A stretch of DNA of 64,000 nucleotides from an uncultured Acidimicrobiia bacterium (GCA_964195235.1 CAXMOW010000001.1:20726-84725); one strand, 5' to 3'. Positions 25,290-35,068 are shown, counted from the first letter of the stretch. A program made the numbers and translations. Notes: generated by a model not told the origin, from the sequence alone.

Positions 25290-27017
25290 ATGACCACACC
25301 AACAGGCGACTGGGTTCCCGCGGTTGGCATCGATGACCTCTCGGTAGGAGGTCGCAAACTGTTCCGCTACTTCGACAAGCGGATTGCCCTGTTTCGGACT
25401 GAACAGGCTGTCTACGCCATCGACAATCGTTGTCCTCACCAGGGGTATGCACTGCTTCAGGGAGATGTGAAGAACGAACAGCTCACATGTGCCTGGCACA
25501 ACTGGAAGTTCGAGCTCGATGAGGGAGGATTCTGCAGTTTTGGGGGCGAGGCGGTTCGCTCGTACCCCGTCGACGTCAGAGGAGGTCAGGTGTTTGTGGA
25601 TGTGACCGACCCGGCCTCCGAGGTGATGGCGCCACAACTGTTCCAAAGTCTCATCGAGGCAATGGGTGACGTTGACATTGGGCGAATGGCGCGCGACACG
25701 ATGCGTCTCCGTCAGCTCGGCACTCCACTCGCGGAGGTGGTGAAGGAAGGAGTCACATACGGAGCTCCGCGGATGGAATACGGGTGGAACCACTCTCTGG
25801 CGACCTTGACTGATTGCCTGAATCTGGCCTCGCTGTTCGAGGGTGAACTCCAAGCGCTACCAGTGGTCCAGGGGATGTCGGTGATCTCTCAGACCGAGGT
25901 GCGGCGTCCGTTCCGAGCTCGACCAGAGGCCATTGACCCTGTGGAGATCTATGGCAGCGTCGACCAGGCTCTGACGTCTTATCCACTGTTGGTAGACGAC
26001 GAGCAACATGAGTCAGCCGAGGCACTGATGCGAGGGCTGATTGCTACCGGTGTGGCCCCCGCACGGATCCGCCATGCTCTGTTGTCAGCCATACCAGATC
26101 ATTTTCTCGGGTATTGCCACCCGATGACCTACGCGCAAAAGTCATTCGAGAAGTTGGACGCCATCGGATTCGAGCATGCCGACACGATCCTTGGGCCACT
26201 CGTTCCAAACATGATCTATTCGACCCGATACGACCGGCTGCCATACATGAAGAAGTTTCTCAAAGCATGGGATGCCGCAGCCCCCGATCTCGACGATCTA
26301 CTGGCCCGACAGAACGGGGTGTCTTTTGACGACCGTGCTTTTCGACGGTCCCTGCTCGATGAAGACGATCGAGGTGCCTTTTCGTCCCTAAATGGGGCGC
26401 TGGAGGCAGGTGTGTCGGTGACCAAGATCCTTGATGCGACATCACTAGCCGCTGCCGCACGCTTCCGACGCTTCGACATCGATCTCGATGCGGACGACAC
26501 CAACGAGTGGGGCTGGCTTGACGTCACACACAACATGACGTATCTCGATGCACTCCGATGGGCTTGGTCGGTAGACCCCACTCCTGAAGTGTTGCGCGGG
26601 GTGTATCACGCGGTTTGGTTTGTGAATTTCACACGTCGATTTGATCAGCGTGGTGGGGTCGACGACGTGAAGCCTTTTGCGACAACTGACCCTGATGTGA
26701 TCGTCGAGTCGATTCGCAACAAAGACCCTCAAGGTGTGCAGGCTCAAATCTCCGGGTTCGAGGGGCCTGAGGAAGACCTTCACGGTGCACTGGCTCAGGG
26801 CGCTTCGGAGGACAACTCGATCGCCCCGATCATGATCGCTCACGCAGTGAAGACTGCTCGAGCTTCGATCGTCGAGTCCGAGGTCTTAGGGAGCCGGGAA
26901 CCGATGATCGCGGCTGGACGATTCCTTGCCTCACCCAAACGAGAGCGGTTTGTCTTCAACGCCACTTTGGAGGCGATCGGCTTTACCCAAGGGCGGTCTC
27001 GCGGCGACGAAAACTGA
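25290..27017 (+). CDS. Rieske [2Fe-2S] domain protein with large uncharacterised C-terminal region
   Basis: 575 aa. The N-terminal ~100 aa carry the Rieske motifs CPHQGY...CAWHNWKF. I could not assign the remaining ~470 aa, which look helical. It is divergent from soxR. Confidence 0.85.
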   Translation: MTTPTGDWVPAVGIDDLSVGGRKLFRYFDKRIALFRTEQAVYAIDNRCPHQGYALLQGDVKNEQLTCAWHNWKFELDEGGFCSFGGEAVRSYPVDVRGGQVFVDVTDPASEVMAPQLFQSLIEAMGDVDIGRMARDTMRLRQLGTPLAEVVKEGVTYGAPRMEYGWNHSLATLTDCLNLASLFEGELQALPVVQGMSVISQTEVRRPFRARPEAIDPVEIYGSVDQALTSYPLLVDDEQHESAEALMRGLIATGVAPARIRHALLSAIPDHFLGYCHPMTYAQKSFEKLDAIGFEHADTILGPLVPNMIYSTRYDRLPYMKKFLKAWDAAAPDLDDLLARQNGVSFDDRAFRRSLLDEDDRGAFSSLNGALEAGVSVTKILDATSLAAAARFRRFDIDLDADDTNEWGWLDVTHNMTYLDALRWAWSVDPTPEVLRGVYHAVWFVNFTRRFDQRGGVDDVKPFATTDPDVIVESIRNKDPQGVQAQISGFEGPEEDLHGALAQGASEDNSIAPIMIAHAVKTARASIVESEVLGSREPMIAAGRFLASPKRERFVFNATLEAIGFTQGRSRGDEN

Positions 27018-27324
27018 CAGTTTTCGATGAGTGGGCGACGGTGTGTTTCGTCGTCGCTGCCGATCCTTGACCTCAACATTGAAGTCGTAATCGGCGAGGA
27101 AGCTGTCCTCGTGGTCGACACTCGAGCCACGTCTCTCCAAGCGGAGTTCCGGGTCATGGTGACATTGTCGATCTCTCATTCGTGCGGTCACCACAAGAGG
27201 AATTGAGCGTTGTAGCCGAATTGGCCATCAAGTGCATCGCTGAGGAGCTCGGTGTCGATGAAGCCGTCACCATTGGCCCCTATTCAGCAGAGGTGATGCA
27301 TACCGCCCTCGATCGGGCTTGATC

Positions 27325-27795
27325 TCAGGTAGCCCAGCGCTCGATTTCGACTTCGAGATCGAGTGGCATCACGACGCCCCGGTTCTCGTATTCACCCCAA
27401 GCATCGCTTGGAAGCATCCACATGATCTCGAATTCGTTGCCATCCGGATCGACACCGTAGAACGAGATTGTGGCTCCATGATGAGACTGACCTGTCAAGT
27501 GGCCGGACTCGGACAGGGCGTCTCGGATGTCCGCCAGGTCGGTGATTTTCTCGACTTCCCAAGCGAGGTGATAGAGGCCTACCGATCCTCGAGGCGGTTT
27601 CGGACTGGGTGTTTGGAACAGACCCAGGTCATGATGATTCTCCGACCCTGGCGCTCGGAGAAACGCAGCGCTCATTCCTTTCTCGTCCACGGCAACCGTG
27701 AACCCTAAGACATCGGTATAAAAGGTCTTCGCTCGCTCGACATCGGAGACGAAAAGAACGGCGTGATTGAGGGTTAGCGATGGCATGTCGCACAC
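27325..27795 (-). CDS. VOC-family (glyoxalase/bleomycin resistance/extradiol dioxygenase) protein
   Basis: 156 aa. LNHAVLFVSDVERAKTFYTDVLGF and HHGATISFYGVDPDGNEFE are typical VOC beta-alpha-beta modules. Confidence 0.8.
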   Translation of the reverse strand: MCDMPSLTLNHAVLFVSDVERAKTFYTDVLGFTVAVDEKGMSAAFLRAPGSENHHDLGLFQTPSPKPPRGSVGLYHLAWEVEKITDLADIRDALSESGHLTGQSHHGATISFYGVDPDGNEFEIMWMLPSDAWGEYENRGVVMPLDLEVEIERWAT

Positions 27796-27800
27796 AACGG

Positions 27801-28010
27801 TTAAATCAATTGGTTGATTCCGAAGAACAATCCAACGGCACCAAACATCGTCACCTGGGCGATCACAAAGGTGCGAAACATCCCATGCATCGCCAGGTGC
27901 AACTGGTGAAACCGGTTGTGGATCTGATCGAACGGCTCCCCGAACTCAACGCGCAGTGATAGAAGATCGTCTGTTGTGGCGAAACTGGTTGTGTCGGGTA
28001 GCTGTTCCAT
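27801..28010 (-). CDS. Small hypothetical protein with C-terminal TM helix
   Basis: 69 aa. It sits between the DUF255 and VOC genes on the same strand. Its hydrophobic C-terminus is FVIAQVTMFGAVGLFFGI. No family recognised. Confidence 0.4.
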   Translation of the reverse strand: MEQLPDTTSFATTDDLLSLRVEFGEPFDQIHNRFHQLHLAMHGMFRTFVIAQVTMFGAVGLFFGINQLI

Positions 28011-28146
28011 GAGTGTGCTGGCCGGTTCGGGCCCAATTGCTTGCTCGAGAGGCGGTGTACAGAGCAGCGGTTTCCGCCTGGGTGGTCATGATTCCCATTC
28101 CAGCTCTGCCCGGCGATGCAGAGATTATCGACCGCTATGACAGAAA

Positions 28147-30105
28147 TCAGCCGAGGAGGTCGGCGAGCACTTGTTGCTCGGAAGTGGGTAGGTCGCAGAC
28201 GAAACCCTCACACACATAGGCCAGTGTTTGGCCCGGCTGATGGCGGTCTCTCAAGAGGGGGATCTCTTCGATGTTTTCCTGTGAGCCGGCCAATGCGATG
28301 TTGGGTCGGAATCTCGACCAATAGACGTCCGCCATCTGTGCCCATTCGGCACCAACGATCGCCAGCTCCTTAGAGCGTGTCAACGAGTGACTCACCGACA
28401 GATGATGGCCGACCATCGAGGGATACCTCGTCATCAGAGCACCGGCCGACTCCACTGCTCCCTCCGCAGCCTTCCGGCGGGCAGCATCACCGGTGTACAG
28501 AGCGCTCATGAGCAAAGCTTCGGCAGCCATAGCGTTTCCCGAGGGCAAGGGGTTGTCAGTGGAATCGGTTGGGCGCTTGATTAGGCGTGCTGAATCATCA
28601 GCCGTTGCGTAGAAGCCACCGCCGGGGTTGGTGAAACGATCGAGCGCTTCCACGAACCGAGTTGCAGTTTGATACCACTCGATCTCCCCGGTGGCCGCGT
28701 AGAGGGCGAAGAGACCAACGGCCATGGCGGCGTGATCGTCAAGGAACGCTGGGACGGAAGTCTGACCCTCTCGCCAAGATCGCATCAGCCGACCACCGAC
28801 CATGAGATTGTCACTGACAAACCGCGCCGCGTCCTTGGCAGCTTCGAGATACTCGGGTCGATGGAGGGCCGCGCCGGCCTCGGCAAATGCCCTGATCGCA
28901 AGACCGTTCCAGGATGCGATCACCTTGTCATCCAGACCAGGGCGCACCCGCTTCGACCTCACCTCGAGCAGCTTTTCTTTCGCTTCGGCAAGGCCGACCG
29001 GTGGATCGTCGCCGACGACGTTCAGAATGTTGGTTTCTTCGAAGTTGCCGACGTCGGTGACCCCGTAGAAGTCGATAATCGAATCCGCCTCGGCGCCGAG
29101 GAGATCACGAACCTGGTCGATTGACCAGACATAGAATTTTCCTTCAACACCCTCAGAGTCGGCGTCCTCAGAGCTGAAGAATCCTCCCTCGGGATGGCGA
29201 AGATCTCGGAGCATGTAGTCGAGTGTCGAATGGCACACATCAAGGAAGTCGGTTCGGTCCAATTCGAGACCGGCCCAGAGATAAAGACGACCCAGTTGCG
29301 CGTTGTCATAGAGCATTTTCTCGAAATGAGGGACGAGCCAGTCGTTGTCGACCGAATACCTGGCGAAACCCCCGCCGATCTGATCGTGAATGCCCCCTGC
29401 CGCCATTCGGTCCATCGTGTGCTCGATGATGTGGTCCGCCCGATCAGCCCACTCCTCGTCACGGACCCGCAACAGGAATTCCAGAACCGGTTGCTGGGGG
29501 AACTTGGGTGCCCCGCCGAACCCACCGTTCACGTGATCGAACTGAGAGGCGATCGCTGAATACGCCTGCCGAATAGTCTGCTCATTGGCAAGGACTCCGG
29601 TTGGAATATCCTGTGAAATCGCGGCAACGAGACGTTCGGCTTGCTCATTCACGTCGTCTCTCTTGGTCTCCCAGGCTGTCGAAACCGACCTCATGACTTC
29701 GCGGAAACTAGGCATGCCATGACGTGGTTCGTTTGGGAAATAGGTGCCGGCGAAGAATGGTCGCCCATCAGGGTCGAGCCAGACCGTCATCGGCCAACCG
29801 CCCTGCCCGGACATTGCCTGCACCGACTCCATGTAGATGGAATCGACATCCGGTCTTTCCTCCCGGTCGACTTTGACGTTTACGAAGAGTCGGTTCATCT
29901 CCGCAGCGGTCTCAGCGTCCTCAAAGGATTCGTGGGCCATGACGTGACACCAGTGGCAAGCGGCATAACCGACACTGAGCAGGACGGGAACATCGCGCGC
30001 TCTGGCCTCGCTAAGCGCCTCATCTCCCCATTCATGCCAGTCCACCGGGTTGTCCTTGTGTTGGAGCAGATAAGGAGACGTGGCGTTGGCGAGACGGTTG
30101 GGCAT
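28147..30105 (-). CDS. Thioredoxin-domain protein (DUF255 / YyaL / SSP411-like, with six-hairpin glycosidase-like C-domain)
   Basis: The inner ATG at 30105 gives MPNRLANATSPYLLQHKDNPVDWHEWGDEAL...GYAACHWCHVMAHESF, the classic DUF255 N-terminus. The upstream 75 codons of the track ORF were excluded. Confidence 0.85.
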   Translation of the reverse strand: MPNRLANATSPYLLQHKDNPVDWHEWGDEALSEARARDVPVLLSVGYAACHWCHVMAHESFEDAETAAEMNRLFVNVKVDREERPDVDSIYMESVQAMSGQGGWPMTVWLDPDGRPFFAGTYFPNEPRHGMPSFREVMRSVSTAWETKRDDVNEQAERLVAAISQDIPTGVLANEQTIRQAYSAIASQFDHVNGGFGGAPKFPQQPVLEFLLRVRDEEWADRADHIIEHTMDRMAAGGIHDQIGGGFARYSVDNDWLVPHFEKMLYDNAQLGRLYLWAGLELDRTDFLDVCHSTLDYMLRDLRHPEGGFFSSEDADSEGVEGKFYVWSIDQVRDLLGAEADSIIDFYGVTDVGNFEETNILNVVGDDPPVGLAEAKEKLLEVRSKRVRPGLDDKVIASWNGLAIRAFAEAGAALHRPEYLEAAKDAARFVSDNLMVGGRLMRSWREGQTSVPAFLDDHAAMAVGLFALYAATGEIEWYQTATRFVEALDRFTNPGGGFYATADDSARLIKRPTDSTDNPLPSGNAMAAEALLMSALYTGDAARRKAAEGAVESAGALMTRYPSMVGHHLSVSHSLTRSKELAIVGAEWAQMADVYWSRFRPNIALAGSQENIEEIPLLRDRHQPGQTLAYVCEGFVCDLPTSEQQVLADLLG

Positions 30106-30166
30106 TGATCTCAAAGATACTTGGCTTGTCGTGTTGTCTATCTTGGACGTTGTAGATAGGAGTCTC

Positions 30167-30820
30167 ATGACAGACCGCGACATGTTGGCGATGACAATGT
30201 CGGCAGAACAACGTTGGTTGGACAACTGGGTGGCTGGTCCCACTCTTGAGGGGGACCCGGTGCGTCGTGGCCAGCTGGCGCCAGATATTGAGCTCACTGC
30301 CGAGGACGGTTCGAGGGTGATGCTCAGCACTCACTGGTCTATGCAGCCGGCCCTTGTCATGTTGTGGCGGCATCTCGGCTGTGGTTGCGGTATCGATCGG
30401 ATTGCCAAACTGAAGGAGGAGGTCGAGGAGTACACCGCCGCGGGTCTCGACACAGTTGTGGTGGCTCCGGGCGAAATCGAACGGGTGATTGCTTACAAAG
30501 ATCGGCACAAACTGCCGGTTCCGGTCATGGCCGATCCTGAGTACACCACCCACAGGGCATTTGGCCTTTCGCACTGGTCGAAGGAACAGGTGCTTTACGA
30601 CGCTCCAGAGGAGTTCTGTTCGATCAGCAGAGACATCGGGGAGCAGTTCCAGGCAGGTCGACGGGATGGCGTTTACAACCTTGTGGACGACCCTTGGATG
30701 CAGTCAGCCGAATTTGTTGTGGACACAACCGGTGTCGTCAGAGTCGCCTATCTCTATAACTACTGCGAGGACTTTCCGGACGGACGCATCTTCACCACTG
30801 CTGCTCGTCTGGCCAGTTGA
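30167..30820 (+). CDS. Peroxiredoxin/redoxin-like (AhpC/TSA family-like) protein
   Basis: This is the inner ATG of ORF 30080..30820. It has a thioredoxin-fold pattern (APDIELTAEDGSRVMLS...LVMLWRHLGCGCG) with an unusual GCGCG site. The start is uncertain. Confidence 0.6.
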   Translation: MTDRDMLAMTMSAEQRWLDNWVAGPTLEGDPVRRGQLAPDIELTAEDGSRVMLSTHWSMQPALVMLWRHLGCGCGIDRIAKLKEEVEEYTAAGLDTVVVAPGEIERVIAYKDRHKLPVPVMADPEYTTHRAFGLSHWSKEQVLYDAPEEFCSISRDIGEQFQAGRRDGVYNLVDDPWMQSAEFVVDTTGVVRVAYLYNYCEDFPDGRIFTTAARLAS

Positions 30821-30830
30821 CTAGTAGCCC

Positions 30831-31337
30831 ATGAAGACGCTTCTTCTGATGCGTCATGCAAAGTCGGATTGGGACGCCGACTACACGGCGGACCATGAGC
30901 GTCCGCTGAGTGATCGGGGAGTCCGTTCAGCCCGCTTGATGGGGCGTCTCGTCGCCTGGTTGGACCTGACACCGGAATACGTCATCTCTTCGACTGCTGT
31001 TCGTGCACGGACCACCGCCGACCTCGCTTCAGAAGCTGGTCAATGGAGGACGCGAATTGGCCTCGAGAGTGGTCTTTATGGAAGCGGTCCTGAGGCCGTG
31101 CTCGAGATCGCAGCGAGCGCGCCAGACGTGGAACGACTGATGCTGGTCGGCCATCAGCCGACGTGGGGGATGCTGGTGAATCGACTTACAGGTGCAGTCG
31201 CTGACATGAAAACTGCCTCGGTTGCGGCCATCGATTTCATGATCGACGATTGGAATGGCTTGGAAACAGCCCAGGGTGTGCTGACTTCACTTCAACACCC
31301 CAGGCCGTACTTCGCTTCTCAATGGGATCTCGGATGA
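30831..31337 (+). CDS. sixA: Histidine phosphatase family protein (SixA-like)
   Basis: 168 aa. It has the catalytic RHA motif in MKTLLLMRHAKSDW and a later GHQP motif. Confidence 0.75.
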   Translation: MKTLLLMRHAKSDWDADYTADHERPLSDRGVRSARLMGRLVAWLDLTPEYVISSTAVRARTTADLASEAGQWRTRIGLESGLYGSGPEAVLEIAASAPDVERLMLVGHQPTWGMLVNRLTGAVADMKTASVAAIDFMIDDWNGLETAQGVLTSLQHPRPYFASQWDLG

Positions 31338-31359
31338 ACCTTGTGCGAAGATCGGCCTT

Positions 31360-32190
31360 ATGACCTGGAAACTCGATTGCGGTTCATACACCCTCTTTGT
31401 GATCGAAGACGGCTACTACTGGCGCGACCCGGCCGGATACCACGTGAGCGCCACCGAGACGGATTGGCGATTCCATCCCCGCAATGACCAGGGCCAGGTC
31501 CGGATGAACTTCGGCTGTTATCTGATCACCGACGGGGAACGGACCGTCATGATCGACGCCGGCATCGGTGATACGCCCGGTGGGCCTCCCGGGATGACAG
31601 CAGGCCTGATGCCGTCCGCTGTTGACTCTTTGGACATTGCCCGTGAATCAGTCGATACCATCGTCTACTCGCATATGCACTACGACCACATTGGTGGCAG
31701 TCAACGTGATGGGAAGGTGGTGTTTCCCAACGCCCGGCACGTGTTTCACACTAAGGAGTGGAATTTCTGGAAATCGGCAGAGGGTGATCTAGCCAAAGCG
31801 GCACGGAAGATCATGAAGTCGCTGTTGGATCAAGATCGGGTCGACTTCATCGAAAAGGACACGGAGGTCCTTCCAGGAATCACCGCCGTCGAATCCTTTG
31901 GCCACACCCCCGGGCATCTCACGGTCAGTCTCATCTCGGATGGCACCCGGACGCTTATTGGTGGTGATGTCAGCAATCACCCGTTCCAGGTCGAGCATCC
32001 CCACTGGAGTCTCCCCGTCGACAACGATCAGCAACTCGCAGGCACGACACGTGATCGCGTTTTTGACGAGATCAGGGAATCGAACGCCACGTTTGTTGCC
32101 GGGCACTATCCAATGCCGGGAATTGGCAGAGTCATCACGGATGACGGCGTCAGGGTGTATCAGCCGGGAACCATCTCCAAGGTGGACTAG
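31360..32190 (+). CDS. MBL-fold metallo-hydrolase (lactonase-like)
   Basis: 276 aa. It has the HxHxDH motif in YSHMHYDHIGG and a later GHTPGH. Confidence 0.85.
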   Translation: MTWKLDCGSYTLFVIEDGYYWRDPAGYHVSATETDWRFHPRNDQGQVRMNFGCYLITDGERTVMIDAGIGDTPGGPPGMTAGLMPSAVDSLDIARESVDTIVYSHMHYDHIGGSQRDGKVVFPNARHVFHTKEWNFWKSAEGDLAKAARKIMKSLLDQDRVDFIEKDTEVLPGITAVESFGHTPGHLTVSLISDGTRTLIGGDVSNHPFQVEHPHWSLPVDNDQQLAGTTRDRVFDEIRESNATFVAGHYPMPGIGRVITDDGVRVYQPGTISKVD

Positions 32191-32353
32191 CAACCAAACA
32201 TTTTGGGGCATTCTTGACACCGAGTGTCGGGGGTCGTATGTTCTCTCTCGTTCGGTCGATCGACCGAAAGAGAGAGGAAACACTGTTTCGGGTACGGGTG
32301 GGAGACGAAATCAGCTGCCCGGCTTTGGTCGGGCAGCGATCGATCGGATTCGA

Positions 32354-32950
32354 ATGACTGACGACACTGCAACCAAGATTCTGGAGGCCGCAAGACGATG
32401 TCTGCTGGCCGACGGCTACGCGGCGATGTCGACCCGCAAGGTCGCTGAGGATGCGTCTGTTCCTCTTTCTCAGATTCATTACCACTTCGGATCGAAAGAT
32501 GAATTGATCCTTGCTCTTCTTCGTCGCGAGAACGATCGGTTGTTGGGGAGGCAGGCAGCAATGTTCCAAAAGGAGCTTCCGTTGTGGGAGAGATGGGAGC
32601 TGGCCTGTGACTACTTCGACGAGGACCTGGCTTCGGGATACGTGCGGGTGATCCAAGAGATGACGGCAGTCGGTTGGTCATCCAGCTCAATTGGCAAGGA
32701 GATGCGGGGCATATGGGGTGCTTGGCAGGACTTGCTGCGTGGAGTTGCCACCGACGCCCGCAGGCAGGGAATCCTTCCTGCCATGTGGGAACCGAACGAA
32801 ATCGTGGCCCTGGTAGCAGCTGGGTTTATTGGGGCGGAGTCAATGATCTTATTGGGAATGGAGGACGAGGAACTACCGGTTCGTAAGGCGTTGAGGAAGG
32901 TGGGCGATCTGATCAGGATCACCGAGGAGGGCCAAACACATGAGGGCTAG
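32354..32950 (+). CDS. TetR-family transcriptional regulator
   Basis: This is the inner ATG of ORF 31898..32950. The TetR HTH is ILEAARRCLLADGYAAMSTRKVAEDASVPLSQIHYHFGSKDEL. Confidence 0.9.
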   Translation: MTDDTATKILEAARRCLLADGYAAMSTRKVAEDASVPLSQIHYHFGSKDELILALLRRENDRLLGRQAAMFQKELPLWERWELACDYFDEDLASGYVRVIQEMTAVGWSSSSIGKEMRGIWGAWQDLLRGVATDARRQGILPAMWEPNEIVALVAAGFIGAESMILLGMEDEELPVRKALRKVGDLIRITEEGQTHEG

Positions 32951-35057
32951 ATACCCGGACAACGATGGCTACGTCGAACGCAATGGGGCCAAGATCTACT
33001 TCGAGGTCTACGAGAACGAGGGACCCACCATTTTTCTGGGCCAGACCTGGCAAACGGCTCACTCGCGTCACTGGAAAATGCAGATCCCGTACCTGTCACG
33101 CCACTTCCGAGTTGTCACATTTGATCCGGTTGGGAATGGGAGGTCGGATCGCTCCGATGTCAGGGAGCGTTACATGGCCAAAGAGGTGGTGGCCGACGCC
33201 ATTGCGGTCCTCGACGCCACCAACACTGAAACATGTGTTGCCGTTGGGCTCTCGATGGGTGGAGGACTGGTTACCTTCCTGGCGGCTTTGCATCCGGAGC
33301 GCTTTGACGGAATCGTTCCGATTGCAGCGTCGAGTCCTTGGGCTGTCCCTCCCTTGGATCGACCGACGGTGAACCAGCCCTCGCCAGCGAAGCCAGGTGT
33401 TTCCCCTGAAGGCTGGGAGAAAGACAACCCGGAGTACTGGCTTATTGATTGGCCTGATTTCGTTGATTTCTTCTTTGACCAATGTGCCTCCGATCCGCAT
33501 TCGACCAAGTTGTTTGATGATCTCCAGGGTTGGGCTCTGGAGACCACCGGTCAGATCATCAACTACACAGGGACCAATGCTCCTTCGTTCGATGCAGCGG
33601 AGATCGAGGTAGCAGTTCGTGCCATCAGCTGCCCAACGCTGATCATTCATGGCACCGGCGACCGGGTCATTGCTCACGAAAGCGGCGCGATTCTGCAGAA
33701 GATGATCCGAGGGGCTGAGTTGGTGACTCTTGATGGCGCCGGGCATGTCCCGATGGGCCGCTATCCGGTGAAGATCAACGAATTGATCAAGAACTTCGCG
33801 GATCGTGTTTACGGAATACAGCGCTCTCAGGCGGAGTGGCACATCGGGCACGGCCGCACCAAGAGGGCTCTGTATGTGTCCTCGCCAATCGGTCTCGGTC
33901 ACGCCCGTCGCGATGTGGCCATCGCCGACGAACTGCGTGGGATACACCCAGATCTCCAGATTGACTGGCTAGCCCAGGATCCGGTGACTCGGGTTCTGGA
34001 CTCGAAAGGGGAGTCAATTCACCCCGCATCAGCACATTTGGCCAATGAGTCGGCTCACATCGAAGCCGAGTCAGGTGAGCACGATCTGAACGCCTTCCAA
34101 GCTATCCGAAATATGGACGAGATCCTGCTCTCCAATTTCATGCTGGCCGACGAGGTCATCGCCGAAGGCCAATACGACCTGGTGATCGGCGACGAGTCGT
34201 GGGAGCTCGACTATCACCTTCATGAGAACCCGAACGTCAAGAAGACTGCATATGCCTGGATGACCGACTTCGTGGGCTGGGTGCCGATGGAGTCCGGTGG
34301 TGAGCGCGAAGCCTTCGTTTCTGCCGACTACAACGCCGAGATGATTGAACAGATCGCCCGGTACGGCAGAGTTCGTGACAAGGCGGTATTCGTCGGCAAT
34401 CCCGAGGACATCATTCCGGGGACGTTCGGTCCGGGGTTGCCACTCATCAAGGAGTGGACCGAAGCCAACTACGACTTCGCCGGCTATGTGACTGGTTTCG
34501 ACCCAGTTGGCCTCGGTGATCGTGCCCAGCTTCGGGCGGAGCTTGGCTATCACCCCGACGAGAAGGTGTGCATCGTCTCCGTAGGCGGGTCCGGTGTCGG
34601 AGCACATCTGATTCGGCGAATCGTCCAGGGATACCCAGAAGCCAGCAACACAGTCTCCGACCTTCGGATGATCGTGGTTACCGGCCCCCGAATCGACCCC
34701 TCGTCCATGCCCGAAGTCGAAGGTGTGGAGTACCGATCGTACGTCGATCGTTTGTACCGACACTTGGCCGTGGCGGATCTGGCCATCGTCCAGGGCGGCC
34801 TGACCACAACGATGGAGTTGGCCGCTTCGAAGGTCCCGTTCATCTATGTGCCACTGCGGAACCATTTCGAGCAGAACCACCATGTCAGGGCACGCCTCGC
34901 CCGCTATCGAGCAGGTCGGCAGATGGATTACGGCGAAATTGACCCCGACTCACTCGCTGCGGCGATCTCACAAGAACTGGGTCGAGAGGTGGACTACATG
35001 GATGTTGAAACTGATGGAGCAACGAGAGCGGCGGCGATGATCGCCGAACTGATTTAG
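32940..35057 (+). CDS. Fusion protein: N-terminal alpha/beta hydrolase plus C-terminal GT-B glycosyltransferase (MGT/MJ1255-like)
   Basis: 705 aa. The first ~290 aa form an alpha/beta hydrolase with the nucleophile elbow GLSMGG and a late His (GAGHVP). Residues ~300-705 are GT-B-like: SSPIGLGHARRDVAIADEL near the N-terminus of the domain and SVGGSGVG...GGLTTTMELA nucleotide-sugar motifs. It overlaps the tetR stop by 11 nt. Confidence 0.8.
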   Translation: MRARYPDNDGYVERNGAKIYFEVYENEGPTIFLGQTWQTAHSRHWKMQIPYLSRHFRVVTFDPVGNGRSDRSDVRERYMAKEVVADAIAVLDATNTETCVAVGLSMGGGLVTFLAALHPERFDGIVPIAASSPWAVPPLDRPTVNQPSPAKPGVSPEGWEKDNPEYWLIDWPDFVDFFFDQCASDPHSTKLFDDLQGWALETTGQIINYTGTNAPSFDAAEIEVAVRAISCPTLIIHGTGDRVIAHESGAILQKMIRGAELVTLDGAGHVPMGRYPVKINELIKNFADRVYGIQRSQAEWHIGHGRTKRALYVSSPIGLGHARRDVAIADELRGIHPDLQIDWLAQDPVTRVLDSKGESIHPASAHLANESAHIEAESGEHDLNAFQAIRNMDEILLSNFMLADEVIAEGQYDLVIGDESWELDYHLHENPNVKKTAYAWMTDFVGWVPMESGGEREAFVSADYNAEMIEQIARYGRVRDKAVFVGNPEDIIPGTFGPGLPLIKEWTEANYDFAGYVTGFDPVGLGDRAQLRAELGYHPDEKVCIVSVGGSGVGAHLIRRIVQGYPEASNTVSDLRMIVVTGPRIDPSSMPEVEGVEYRSYVDRLYRHLAVADLAIVQGGLTTTMELAASKVPFIYVPLRNHFEQNHHVRARLARYRAGRQMDYGEIDPDSLAAAISQELGREVDYMDVETDGATRAAAMIAELI

Positions 35058-35068
35058 AGAGGGAAAAG

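Noticed and set aside
27182-27322. A possible 46-codon ORF (GTG start) in the 300-bp convergent gap after the Rieske gene. Its product, ...ELAIKCIAEELGVDEAVTIGP..., faintly resembles the N-terminus of an acyl carrier protein.
   Set aside because: It has no DSL phosphopantetheine-attachment motif and no SD. It is too short, and the similarity is only a few residues. It may be a gene remnant, but I cannot support that.
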